Below are positions 41,101 to 57,083 of a DNA stretch of 64,000 nt, piece after piece. Both the position numbers and the translations under genes were made by a program. The notes under the pieces are model-generated. The model ran no database searches and was not told where the DNA came from. It worked only from the letters and a program-made list of their open reading frames with translations. The stretch's first letter is position 1, and each line of letters opens with the position of its first letter. The stretch comes from Tubiluchus corallicola (taxonomy: Eukaryota > Animalia > Priapulida). The stretch covers positions 525,727-589,726 of the forward strand of contig JAQGDQ010000119.1 of the NCBI GenBank assembly GCA_030141605.1. Reading direction: 5' to 3'.

Positions 41101-43481
41101 CTAAGAAGCTACTAAAATATTTACATATGTACATACATACGCACCCAGAACTAAAACGGAAATACACAAGACAGATCATTAAAAAAGTACAATACACAGA
41201 GGCATGAAACTTGATAAAAGTTGCATATTTGAAAAAGATAAAAGATTTTTAAAAAGATAAAAGATGTTGGTCTCATAGTGCAAAACATAGTTTGCACTAA
41301 TTCGTCCATATAAATGTATTATGATATGAAGAGTAAATATACAATTTATCGATTTTATCATTAGACAGTTCTGTGAGCCAATATGAAGGATCCTGTTATT
41401 TTTCTTGTAATGACGTCATTGTTAGGAATATTAAAATTTACAAATTTTTCACTCATGCTACATCTTCCCAAAAAGTTGAAGAGCCTACTGGATAAATAAA
41501 TTCAGTTGGTTAAATAATTCTGGAGTTATTTAAACTTATTTATAGTTAAAATGTTGAAGTGACGGACAGAGTGAACGTGTGAATTGTCGAATAACTGGAT
41601 TATGTCTAAGACACGAGCTAACTCGGGAAAAGAATTTCACGGTAAAGTTTTGACGAGATAAACATGCTAAAACACTTTTTGCCGAGTTATTCTAACCAGT
41701 CCTACATATCTTGGGTGATGATCATTAGATGATCTTTGAGTGACCAATAATATAATTTGTGCTTTTTTACCTTTTTTATCATTTGCTGTTATGTTCGATA
41801 TTGATTGTACCACATCACTACGAATAAATGGTATAAATAAAATAAGCTGAGTTCTGCTCATACTTTTTGACTAGATGATTCTAAGCTAAACAGTGACATT
41901 TTATATTACGTGTGTGTTTTTTTCTGTGCAATCTTCACTACATCAGCAAATATGTAAGTTCCGCTTATTGCGAATTGCAGCAAATTAAATTTGCCTTTTA
42001 AGTTATTTACTGTTATTGAGAATGATTTCCTTTTGGTGACATTTAAGTTCATACGAGATCTAAGGTTAGACAAATTATCTTGATATTTGACACTAAAATG
42101 ATCTATGCTGCGCCAGTATTCACACAAACGAGATTGTGCAATATAAAATACCCAAGTGCCATTTTCCCACCATGCCTGTCCGGTATCCATTGTCTCTGAG
42201 CATTTCTGCAATGGTAATTTCGCTTTTTGGAAGTCCCGTGGTGTGATTATGGTTGAAGACGCGCCACAGCCCGGTCACCCCTACTCGAGCTGCCAGACGA
42301 CCTGTCCAAAAGCAACGTTTTTCTCATTTAAGAAAAATCAACTGTATTACATCTATCGCAATCATTAAGTGCAATACTCTTTTGTGTCGCAGGATGGCGT
42401 TACATATTTTTAACTGCACGTATTTCATTGTTGCAGTATACTTATTAACCTTATTACAGTATGATAGCAGCTCATAATAAAGTTTCGTACTTAGATCGAA
42501 ATGTAAAATAAATATTATTTTAGTTATTTAACATTTCTTAGAGAAAGGTGGCGTCATTGTGAACTATACCAATAGAATCATGCATCGATTCCGTTATTTT
42601 AGTGCCATCTCTAGGTAGTCACTGGCAATGTACTGCCAATGATATTTTAGAGCTTTCGAACACTTATCCATACAAATATGATCGCATTATAGCGTAGTAT
42701 TTATTGTTATTCCCTTCAAGCAGCAATCTAAGCGCGTACATAGCATTAAGTGATTCACTCAGTAAATGAACCAGAAACTGAACAAACGAATAAAATTTTT
42801 ATAAATTTATTTCATAGCAAATGCACAGTGGCCTACATCGTGCTTTTGTTGAAACGCTTTCCAATTGCAGTCATCAGTTTCTCGCACATGTGGGTTACAT
42901 AGCAAGTAGAAGACAATGAGAAATTAAATTAACATTATAAGCTAGAAAATAATATGCAGTAAAACTAATTAAGAAAAATTAAGAAAACGAATTAAAACTA
43001 AGAAAAAAAGCAATACTCATAAAGCTATGCTTCACATCGTCATGATTACCAACAACGTTGTCGTCATCGTCAAAAAATTGTAATAGTGCAAACTTATAAC
43101 AGGTTTCGGCTAAGCACACTATCGAACATTCAAATTACCTGTGAGGAGAGCGGTGCGACTGGGTGAACAAATGCTCTCGGCCGAGTACCACTGAGTGAAC
43201 CTCATTCCTCCAGCAGCCAAGTCATCAATCGTTTCCCATTCCTGCACAGGATGGCCATACGAGGACAGGTCTCCAAAACCAACGTCGTCTGCCATTATCA
43301 GAACAATGTTCGGGCTCTTATTGTCGTCATCATCTTGTTTGCCAGCTGTGACGGTGATGACGGTCAGGAGTGTGACTACACTCAGAAGCAAAATTCCCAT
43401 CAAGTGTCTAAAATGAAAACGAAAACGGTACACCCTACCTTTGCCAGCTCCTGCTTTTGTATGCGCCAGCTTGGCCAGCAT
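33355..43481 (-). CDS. Arylsulfatase (formylglycine-dependent S1 sulfatase, sea-urchin Ars-like), 7 exons, 559 aa
   Basis: Exons 43139-43481, 42152-42301, 40838-40950, 39919-40147, 37710-37874, 34574-34744, 33355-33863. Introns are GT-AG and the 1680 nt are in frame. Motifs: [87 protein letters not shown]. The N-terminal segment is hydrophobic. Confidence 0.95.
35042..35132. repeat. (TA)n microsatellite
   Basis: Direct read. Confidence 0.95.
35225..36050. repeat. CACAC-rich low-complexity module, present twice (about 35225-35710 and 35790-36050)
   Basis: Both copies end with AAACCATGCAAAACATTTT...GCTATTAGA...TGATCAATAAT...CGG.CA.TCTA. It may be a non-autonomous Helitron-like element (inference). 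Confidence 0.55.
38420..38626. repeat. (TAGTAT)n microsatellite
   Basis: Direct read. Confidence 0.95.
38788..39820. mobile_element. Foldback-like non-autonomous element with internally repetitive inverted arms and a nested insert
   Basis: The left arm is built of AAAAATGGCAC/AAAAATGGTAC units and the right arm of GTGCCATTTTT units, with CCCTAACCCTAAC at about 39602. The segment 39324-39390 resembles 4015-4080. Confidence 0.65.
40361..40628. mobile_element. MITE-like element
   Basis: GCGCGTTCAGACTAGTG ... CACTAGTCTGAACACGC inverted termini, with a further partial terminus at about 40663-40674. Confidence 0.65.
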
Positions 43482-45334
43482 TAGACTACAAAATTTTTTT
43501 ATTTAAAAAATAAAATAATTAGCCACTTAACGCAGAGCGACGCAGTGAAGATGAAACAAAGGAATTGCTCCCACAGAATCGGGAATTTTCAGAAAAAAAA
43601 CATTTAATGTAAAATGCCAGATTTTAGAAAAATTTAGAAGCAAAGAAAAGAAACAAAGAAAAATTTAGAAGCAAAGAAAATGTGCATATATTACTTGTTT
43701 TCATGAATATAACAATCACTGTGCTTTAAAAAAACGAAAAATCATATAAATGGCAGATTAAAACTCATAATTTTATTCTGACATATTAATTGTTTTTTCC
43801 TAAACAAGAAAAAACATTGAAACAGTTAATTTTAATGAAATCTCGGAGAGGCGTGAACTGTTCCACTTCTACCAAGCAACAAAATTTCTCTTGAAAATTG
43901 AAGACGACTTGCAGCTGGCGGCAGAATTTCTTACGAGGAAAACACATAACGAGGCGTCTGTGCGAAATGGCCCTTAGAAATATTGCTAGATTATTGGTTG
44001 CCAGTGAAGTGTGTTTAAAGGAAATGTAAAACCTTCTGAGAAGCTGGGCTTATTTCAATGTTCACGAAAAATGTTACAAAATTTAGTAATAAAAATGTAA
44101 TAAGGGCCTCGGGAAATTAGCTAATCACTTTAAAATTCCAGTGATTTCACGCTTGGGCGCTCCCTTTTTTAACGCCCATTCTTCCGCCAAAGATGTTGTT
44201 CATCGACTGAAGAAAAGCAGCGCATGCAATTTCTGTCACAACTCAAAAGCATGACCACCCCTAAGTTTTTACACCCTAAGTAGATAGTTAATTTTGTGAT
44301 AAAAAATGTGAGCATTAGGAAAGCTGCAGAAGTTTGAAACGCATTTACGGAAAACCACACTGCGGTTACCAAAGATCACGAAGTCTACCAGTTACATCAT
44401 AATTTTCAAGAGCACAACGGCGACGACCGCGCCTGAAAATTTCTTCTGCAGCGGTAGTTTACATTAATTTTATGCTTTATCGGCAATTTTTTGCAAATTT
44501 CTTTATTATTATTTGTCGAAGTTCAAGTGAAATAAAGTAAAACAGTAAAATAAACCTAACACGCCAAGTGACTTGTTCTTTCCTTTAAAACTACATACAC
44601 ACATCTATGGTGAGTTTACGAACGGTCATTCGTAAATGATAAACTATGATTTGTAATTTTTTTTACAAAACAGAGTCATACCTTTTTGTAGTCATGATAT
44701 AAAATATTCAATGTATGTAAGTCCAGTGCACGATTTATCCCGACGCGTAGGCTTTTTAATCGAGCAACTGATACAAGCAAAAAATCTTAATTTGCACCAG
44801 TTATTCGCATACATGCCCTTTGTATTTGTTTACTAGTCTGAGTAATCGCGCGCATTTTATGCATAAATAAACTAATAATAAAGGCAATAATGCATTTTTC
44901 TGCATATCGTAGTAGGCGCATTGAAAAATTCGTCTAGGTCACTGTCTTAGGTTGACCAGACATTGACCCATATGCTGGGTCACTGTCTGCCCAAGCTTGC
45001 CCTAACTGCAACCCTGACTGCTTTGTTTAGAGCTGCTGGCAGATCAGACGCAGGACAAAATCTCTATAAAAACGTTTTGGGTTGTTTACAAAGGTGAATA
45101 ATGTATACTGGTGGCTTTTCTTTTGCAAATAAACGGAAAGATTACGGTCATACATCGGTCTGTTTTACCTTTTATGTAGCCATTTAAAGATTTTTTGTGT
45201 AGAAAGGCATAGAAGATTTGGCATTTATGATATATTTGCTATAATGATAAATATAGTTATTGTGATTACGTACTGAGTTATAGATAATGATGAGTCACAT
45301 ATTGTCAAGCCAACAGTACACAACAGCGTAGGAG

Positions 45335-45425
45335 TAGTAGTAATGCAGCAGCAACAACAGCAGCAGCAACAGCAGCCGTAGCAGCAACAACAACAACAGC
45401 AAAAACAACAACAACGACAACAACA
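45335..45425. repeat. (CAG/CAA)n microsatellite
   Basis: Direct read. Confidence 0.85.
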
Positions 45426-46411
45426 GTTGGTCTATCTATGAGTTTCTAAACCATTTGTGCTGTCTGTGTTTAACCATCCATTCTTCCAACAAAAAGTACT
45501 CTGACAAAACGTATATACTCTTGCAACGTATGCAGTTTCTACCAATAGATGGCGCGGCGTTCCTTTTTCCTCCATCGTCTTTGTTCTTTTCTAGCAGAAA
45601 CGTTGACAATATTAACTGCAAAATTTGAGCTCCTTCGACTTCAAATCGCTGGTTTATCGTTCCATATCTGTATCCAGTCTATTGACAGCAGACATTCTTG
45701 GCGCATCCCGGTTTGTTACCCTCTTTCAAAAAGCTTCGTTTATTTTTACGAGGATGCATCTACGCCGCCCGTCATTATAAACATGTCAATTACCAAGCAA
45801 TTATTTACTACCTCCGCTAGTTCGTTCAAACGTTCGCCAGTAAATCGTCTTCCACGACATACATTGCCCTGCGTAGGGCTCGTAAAATAAAGAAACTGTA
45901 AAAGATTTAGCCGAACTAATCAACCTAAATTTAAGGCAACAATTCGGTTATCAGCATTTATGGCTCTCCTGGCCACACTTACTGAGAGTCTGCTAGATAA
46001 GCGAGTGTGATAAACACTAACAAGTTTTTAAACGGCAGAGCTTCAGTTGGAAAAAACTGCTTTGCCCTCGGCCGGGAGGGAGTGTTCTAGGCACATTAAA
46101 GAATACAAGAGCAATGTAGTATTTTTAAGAGTGGCAAGATGAATTTAGAGGTGTTTTCGCTTCTGTTAGTTCAAAAATAATTGTAGGAGATGGCGACACC
46201 AACGCTATAAAGAATAGCAGTTAAAACATAATAGGGATGAATTTGGCGATATCTGTTAAGCGAATATAAGCTGGTGTCATAACCAGGCCTGATAATGTGC
46301 CTAACGAAGCAATGAAAAGCATAAATATTGTCATTGTCAAAGTTGCCATTGTTGGGTTGCTGTTGTTGCATCTTTATCGTCGTTGTCGCTGTAACCGCTG
46401 TAGTTGCTGTT

Positions 46412-46745
<334 letters not shown>

Positions 46746-48929
46746 AGACATATATTTATTTATTGACGATTTACAAGCCATACAATTACAATTGCAATTA
46801 CAAGTTACAAAACATTACGTAAACAATGCAATACATTACCATGAAGAAAAAACTACACAGACAAAACCCCACACAGAGGGTGTAATCGTCAACACAATAC
46901 ACAATAAAACACAATAATAATAGTAAACGGCATTTAGCGACAGGACCTGATATTAAATAATTATAGCAAAACTAGAATATAGCTAACTAGCAAGTTCACT
47001 AGAAATGAAAAAGCAAAGATGACTTTCAAGTGTGCCCACACGTACATCCTTTCTCAACGAGATTAATAGTTGAAGCCAGGTTGGTAAATGAAACAGCTAT
47101 AAAGACAAAAGCAATTTTCCTGGTGTTCATCCATCTGTTTACTAACTAGGCCCAATGTTGCTTAGCCAAGCATTCAGTGCGAATATTTACATTTATATGT
47201 TGTTGTTTAGTGATTAACTAATCAGAAATGCTGTGTTAACCAGCTTAGTACCACCCCATCACGGCTCCTACCATTAGAGTGTTGCAGCACGTTTGCATGT
47301 CATGCATTTCTTTAATTCGAATTTTGTATACCCACGTCTCCAATAACTGAAAGAGAAGTTTCTTTAATTATTAATTTTCAACTCTAAATTCAAACTGTAA
47401 TCTGTACAAGTAATTGTTTTATGTATTATACATGAATGAACGTATAGACTGCGATACATTTGACTTACGTTTATTACGTATGCACTTTACTTTATGCACC
47501 AACAACTAAAGTATATTATGTATGTATGTAGTTAGATTGTATTGTACAGTGTTCTATTAGACTATTAATAGCACGTGTGACTTGGTGTGCGTCGTAAGTA
47601 ATTTTGTATTTGTGGCAAAAGTATGCACAAGAAACATGACTTTTAGCACAGAACACATAAAGACTGTAACACTGATTTCTGTTAAAATTTATTTTTAAAC
47701 GCATCGTCACTATAACCACAATTATTAACAAAGTTCGTATTTTTATGCGCAACGGTTTATTATTTGTATTTATTATTTGCATCTACAGTTTAAGACTCCG
47801 TAACAGTGACAGTCAGCGGTGGAGTACAGTAAAAATCACTCAATTAAAATGATGGGCACAGTGAAAAAAACCGGCACACTAAAGAGCTTCTTCCTCTTTG
47901 GTGAATTTTCCAGAGGGATGTAGGGTTATATTTTTATCTAATTTTCCGTTTGCGCATTTTTTCCCTATGCTATATTTACCGTGCCATTATTAACTGTGAA
48001 ATAACTGGCATAGTCGTTGCCGATACGTGAATGTGTACTTTTCTATGCTTACTTTGTATCAACAAATGAGGTCAAAACGAGATTTACAATGTCAAATAAA
48101 TGTTAAGAACTTTACTTCAATTAAATGATTTCGTGCACATTTAGCTTTTCACATTTCTACAAATCCTAGTTACATTAATATTTGGATTTATGTGTAACAG
48201 CTGCTTGACAGTTTCGCCAAAAATGATCAACTTCGCCCACGTCAGTATTAGTAGCATACTAGTAGCTCATATGGGCATAGTCAGATTTGTAAAATCTAGC
48301 GAAAAAATTATTTTACCTAATCTCTTCTAATTCACAGTTAATAGGTAAAATATATGGAGTAAATTGTCCAATCACAAAAAAGTGCAAGAAAACGATTTAT
48401 GGTGTTTTCTTGTAGTATCTGGCCTAGGAAATAACATATCACAGGTTGGTGGAATTTGGAGGTTCTAAAAGGATCTAATTAAGACGCAAAAATAGCCGCC
48501 ATTTGACCAAAAATATTTAGTCTACCAAAATTGTAAAAAAATACTCATTTTGACTCAAAAGCATGAAACTTTACATAGTGGTACAACATATTAAGGTTGG
48601 ATATGGTTAATTTTGGTTATGAAATCAATCAACATTTTCCAATATGCCAGCAATTTTAAATATGGCCGACAATATGGCTTATAAGAGCTATATTAAATTA
48701 ACCTAATTAAAGACCCTTTTGAAAGTTTGTTATTTTCTGTAGCTGGAAAAAAGTTACGTAAATTTTGCAATAATTTTGTATTAACGACTCTTTTATAAGA
48801 TTGTAGACCTACGTCCATACTGATAGAAGGAATGACGTAAAATAAGTAAAGGGCCGTTACTGGTTACTGGTTTCACCATCACGATGCTGATCACGATATA
48901 GACGGCAATGTTTATTTTCATTAATGCAG

Positions 48930-49260
48930 CCAGGAGAGATGCTTCACTGTTGTCAGACGTAGAACTCATGCTTCTTCACATAGGTGTCAGAACTGGGATA
49001 CCCGCTTGCAGTCTGTCAAACTGGCGATCTATGATGGTCGGATTCTGCTCTCCCCATCTGAGTTCCCCTCAAACTAGCATAATAGCACAGGGAGCTTACT
49101 TTGGACTGCTCTTATTTCCTAACATGCAGTCTACACTGATGGCAAGGACTTTATTAAATTTCTGTTAACTTTTGCCTATAAGATCATATGCATATCTCTT
49201 GACAAGCTGGTAGTATTGGTCTAGAAGATCATCTGCATTCACAGCTCGCAGCAGGGCTTG
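48930..49260 (+). mobile_element. Highly decayed LINE RT fragment
   Basis: SLSNWRSMMVG...LSSPQTSIIAQGAYFGLLLF loosely matches the RT segment SYLSNRxQxV...SS...GVPQGSVLGPLLF. Confidence 0.35.
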
Positions 49261-49894
49261 GTTAGACTCCTCACTCACGCACAGGACGTCTCTCGTAGAT
49301 TAGGGGCTTTGGCATTGCTATACCTTTATTATATTGCACTGCACGCGTTCGACAGCTCATGCATGAGCACAGCGGTAAATTTGAAATTTTATCTTAAAAC
49401 GTACCGAGTTTTAGTGCAACACACTGAATCTCACAGTAGTGCTGTACTTCAATTTTCGCTTTTCCAAACACGTGCACACGTGCAACACGCGTATGGAACG
49501 TTTTTGCTGTTGAAAATTATGTTAGTTTGCGACATCACCAATAGTTGAGCTCGCCCTCCGTTAATTAAGGTTTTATCTATTATTTAGTTATCAACAACGC
49601 TTTTGCATATTATTGGCGTTAAAATGCACATTTTTAGTTTAGCGTACTTGAAAGTGTTGCAGTATATGGAAAATCACATCATGTCCTCCTTTAAGGTCTC
49701 TTTGTAGAGAAGAACGTGACGATGAGAGCGAGAAGGCTCAATTGACCAAAGAATACACTGCCATATATTTTTAAGCTTTTGAAACCTGTTACTCGGTTTG
49801 ACGCGAGATATACATATTCACTTTTTCTGTAGCTGAGAAATTTGCCCACTTTTTCTATAACTGAGAAATTTGCCCGATGGATTAGAATCTGCAT

Positions 49895-50222
49895 CAGAGA
49901 TGAGAAACAAGGTCCCTTTGGCAAGGAGTAACGGATGAAGAGTGCTTGAGAGATGGTTGTTATTTGGAGAGGAAAAAAATTTATGCAGTCTGTCAACTGA
50001 AGGACATAATGGTTAAAAGAAATAGCACAGTGAATCATTGAGCAAGCATATGTGTGCGCCTTAACGTTTTTGAGTAGAAATCAGCCTAGTAGTACAATAT
50101 ACATTGCTACTCGCCCTGATATAAAAGGGATTTAGGCACCGGATGGATGGATGAGATAAAATTATCAATTAAATAATTTTTGTACTCTATATTCTAAAGT
50201 GGACTTTGAAACAAAAACATTA

Positions 50223-50228
<6 letters not shown>
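49895..50228 (+). repeat. Diverged direct copy of 53740-54082 (LINE 3' end plus flank)
   Basis: Runs from CAGAGATGAGAAACAAGG to ACATTAAAGCAC, with several substitutions and indels relative to 53740-54082. Confidence 0.9.
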
Positions 50229-51577
<1,349 letters not shown>

Positions 51578-52046
51578 ACTACTACTACTACAGTAGTTCA
51601 AGTCTGATGTAATTTATAATTTATCGTGTGAAAATATATTTACAAGAATGCATGGTTTTTACATAGAAAATATCAAAAAATGGATACATGTATAAGTACA
51701 AGATTCTACATAACACATTACGAAACATAGTAACAACATCAAACTCTGATGTATGTCATAAACCCTACTATACATGCATAGACAACACTCTAAACTCGAT
51801 AACAAAATTAACAAGCAAATTGTGTAAATATTAAATTTTATGGATTCTTCCTATTTAGAAAACATTTACTGATCAAATGACAAACAATTAATAAGATGTC
51901 GTTGCTTCCTGCCAAAAACAAATATTTACAATGAATATATATATATATATGCATGTCATACATGCACACAGACGTATAATAATCAGTGACTACATGGAAG
52001 CATGCAGGTTGATTTCCGGCCCCTAACCAATTAACTAATAACAAAG

Positions 52047-53791
<1,745 letters not shown>

Positions 53792-54318
53792 GAGATGGTT
53801 GTTATTTGGAGAGGGAAAAATTTATGCAGTCTGCCTACTGAAGGACATAATGGTTAAAAGAAGAAGCACAGTGAATCATTAGAGCAAGCATATGTGTGCG
53901 CCTTAGCATTTTCGAGTAGTAATCATATTATTTTAAAAAGCCTTGTAGTACAATATACATTGCTACTCGCCCTGATATAAAAGAGATTTAGGCACCGGAT
54001 GGATGGATGGATAAAATTATCAATTAAATAATTTTTGTACTCTATATTCTAAAGTGGACTTTGAAACAAAACATTAAAGCACACAAGTAATAAGGTAACA
54101 GAATAATCTCATCTTGAATTCAACAAGTCACACGACTGTTTTATTTTGTAGATGCATGTAAATCAAAAGTAAAACCTTACTTAGCAGCCATGATGACAAT
54201 CAGAAATTACTCAAACTGAGAATTTTGATTTTAATCATCGGCGGATACATTCAAGAAATAGGATTAATACATCAAAATTTAGAATTATGTTCAAATAAAG
54301 CAGTACTGCCCAAATAAA

Positions 54319-54660
54319 CTAGGACCACAAAAGTCGAAAGTTTGGCACCAATGATCCGTGCACGGAAGCCTCGATATATTCATCATAAATAGCTTGGCAC
54401 TCTTCGAACAAACTCTCAGCATTCAAGCAACACTGCTTGTACTTCACAACAGATGGAGCTGGTCCAACGTTTCGAGCACAGTGCGAACACACCCTTGTTT
54501 TGTATACACCGTCAGCAGTTTGATTAGAACAGCCGCCTATTTTGTAGCTTTCGAGATCTCTTATTTCTTTTCTTTTGTTCATTCTCCAGCATCCATTAGA
54601 AGTTCGATGCAGCAACACGAGGGAAAAGAGAAAAGTGGTACAGCTTAGAAACAATTTCAT
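54319..54660 (-). CDS. Secreted cysteine-rich peptide precursor, CHH/ITP-like (113 aa)
   Basis: Signal-peptide-like MKLFLSCTTFLFSLVLLHRTSNG, KR at residues 29-30, then a domain with C-x13-C-x2-C-x15-CC-x9-C. A splice acceptor (gttgctgtcAG) sits directly before the ATG, and AATAAA lies about 175 nt after the stop. The family assignment is inference. Confidence 0.7.
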   Translation of the reverse strand: MKLFLSCTTFLFSLVLLHRTSNGCWRMNKRKEIRDLESYKIGGCSNQTADGVYKTRVCSHCARNVGPAPSVVKYKQCCLNAESLFEECQAIYDEYIEASVHGSLVPNFRLLWS

Positions 54661-54739
54661 CTGACAGCAACAAACTTTATTCTAAAATAAATACACACAG
54701 TTAAACGTGATTAAGTCAGTTATCTGTTGTCCGAGAAAA

Positions 54740-55583
54740 CAGAGCCAGGTAATAAAGGCACAGGCAAAACAGTCACAGGGTAAAACTCAAAGGGAAAAAT
54801 GGAATAACCTTAACCTTAACCTAAGATATTGAACAAAACGATATTTTTTCATATACGTGTAATGCAACAATTTTTAGGTAAAAAAGTCACAGGTAAAAAG
54901 TCACAAAAAAACTCACAGGAAAAAAATGGAATAACCTAACCCTAACCTAAGATATTTAACGAAACGTGATTTTTTATATACGTGTAATGCCAACATAAAC
55001 AAATTTTTAGGTAAAAAAGTCACAGGGAAAAATGGAATAACCCTAACCATAACACCTAACCCTAACCTAAGATATTGAACAAAACGTGAGTTTTTTCCAT
55101 ATACGTGTCAATATGTCCAAGTCATGTATCACCAGCTAATGACTTATTCGAGATATTTTCTGTTTTATTACTTTTTATGTATTTGAATAAATTGTGACTG
55201 ACTCGAATGTTTTTGTGGCTGATTTTTTTTGCTAGCCAAAATTGTGCCATTTTTCCTGTGACTTTTTGCTGGCCTTATGACTTATTCATGTGACCTTTTC
55301 CTTGGTTTATGACTTTTTCATGTGACTTTTTCCTGGCCTTGTGACTTTTCATGTGACTTTTTCCTGGCCTTGTGACTTTTCATGTGACTTTTTCCTGGCC
55401 TTGTGACTTTTTCATGTGACTTTTTCCTGGCCTTGTGTTTTTTTCATGTGACTTTTTCCTGGCCTTGTGTTTTTTTCATGTGACTTTTTCCTGGCCTTGT
55501 GACTTTTTCATGCGACTCCTTCCTAGCCAAAATTGTGACATTTTTCTGGTGACGTTTTTCCTGTGATTTTATTACTGGTTACT
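54740..55583. mobile_element. Foldback-like non-autonomous element with CCTAAC units and an internal tandem array of about 31 bp (55255-55520)
   Basis: Left arm AAAAAGTCACAGG units, right arm CCT(T)GTGACTTTTT units, and imperfect termini CAGAGCCAGGTAATAAA / TTTATTACTGGTTACTG. Three internal repeats contain AACCTAACCCTAACCTAAG. Confidence 0.7.
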
Positions 55584-56029
55584 GAGAAGACTGCTGTGAG
55601 TTAAGCAAAACTGACAATATATAACTGCAAAAGCCACCTTCTCGTACTGTTCCAGCTACCTTTCTTAGACTTTGCTCACTGTTTCGCCATCATGGAACTC
55701 AGAAACATAGAAGCACACAATCTCAGCAGTAAAAATCAGTATATTTCCTTCAAAACTGGCCCGAGAATAAACGAAAACAAAGCTAAAACAATGGCACTAA
55801 ATTGCAAGGATCCAAATAAGTAACAACCACACCGACAAGCTGGTAACTTCACAGATTTAGGAAGCAAAATGGGAGCTACAGACCCGGTTGATGTGAAGTG
55901 AAATGTAGTCATTCTTAAAATGAACAATGGGTTCTCCAACAATGCGATTGTCTTTTCAACATTGTTTTATAAATATATAAAAGCATATTGTGAAGTATGA
56001 ATTCTTGTGACTTCTCTGTATCCTGCTAA

Positions 56030-56132
56030 AGTTTACAGTTCCCACATAAAAGCAATTAGTGTTAGGATTAGGATTAGGATTAGGATTTAGGTTAGGGTTA
56101 GGGTATTTAAATTGTGTGGGAAACTATAAACT
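56030..56132. mobile_element. Mini inverted-repeat element with internal TTAGGA/TTAGGG units
   Basis: Termini AGTTTACAGTTCCCACA / TGTGGGAAACTATAAACT. Related to 31911-31993. Confidence 0.6.
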
Positions 56133-56664
56133 CCTTCCCTCTGTATCTTCTGCCTGGAACATATCATAAATATGCCCGCAGCCTGCAGTAGAACTCCGCA
56201 CACAGTCACAATGAACGACAGGCTTTCCACATGTCAGTAGGAACTTTGAAAATACCTTTGGCAAGCAATTTGGTGGCACGAGAGTAAAACGGTAGTTTTA
56301 ACAGATCTGGCACCTAAAAAGACACTATAATTGGCAGATCAAAGAAAATTTCAAGGATTTTTATAAGAAAAAGAACGGATATTTTTGAGCTCAGTATTAC
56401 AGATATTTCGCACACTGATGAAGGAGTTCTCCATTGAGCTATGAAATGTCTGTTTATTGTTCTTGAACTAAACCAAACAAGAAAACAGTGGTTAATGGAT
56501 GCTTAAAGCAAAACCGGACCCAATCATAAACTGTAGGTCAAAACAACCTAAACTTTAAAATACTGAAAGGAATTTATACTATGTTTTCAAAAAGGACTTG
56601 CGTGAAAGAATTATTACTACACAAACACAATTTCACGTTCCCGCCACTAGTTCTTCACTGTTAC

Positions 56665-57083
56665 ATTTCGCCATTCGCTAGCTAGACGGGCACTGGTGCC
56701 TGCATTTCACCATTCGCTAGTTAGACGGGCACTAGCACCTGCATTTCCCCATTTGCTAGACAGTTGGGCACTGGCGCCTGCATTTACCATTTACTAGTTA
56801 GATGGGCACCGGTGCCTGCATTTCGCCCTTTGCTAGTTAGATGGGCACTAGCACCTGCATTTCCCCATTTGTTAGATAGATGGGCACTGGTGCCTGCATT
56901 TCACCATTTACTAGTTAGATGGGCACTGGTGCCAGCATTTCACCATTTGCTAGTTAGATGGGCACTAGCACCTGCATTTGCCCATTTGCTAGATAGACGG
57001 GCACTGGTGCCTGCATTTCACCATTTACTAGTTAGACGGGCACTAGCGCTTGCATTTCACCATTCGCTAGTTAGATGGGCACT
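56665..57083. repeat. 39-bp minisatellite, about 11 copies
   Basis: Unit close to CATTTCACCATTTGCTAGTTAGATGGGCACTGGTGCCTG. It explains the repetitive ORF 56764-57102. Confidence 0.92.

Noticed and set aside
45436-45890. CpG-richer stretch with ORFs on both strands next to (CAA)n
   Set aside because: It may be a decayed retroelement, but I could not identify any diagnostic motif.
47220-47262. tRNA-like 5' sequence on the minus strand (GGGGTGGTACTAAGCTGGTTAA)
   Set aside because: No recognisable B box or cloverleaf; at most a decayed SINE head.
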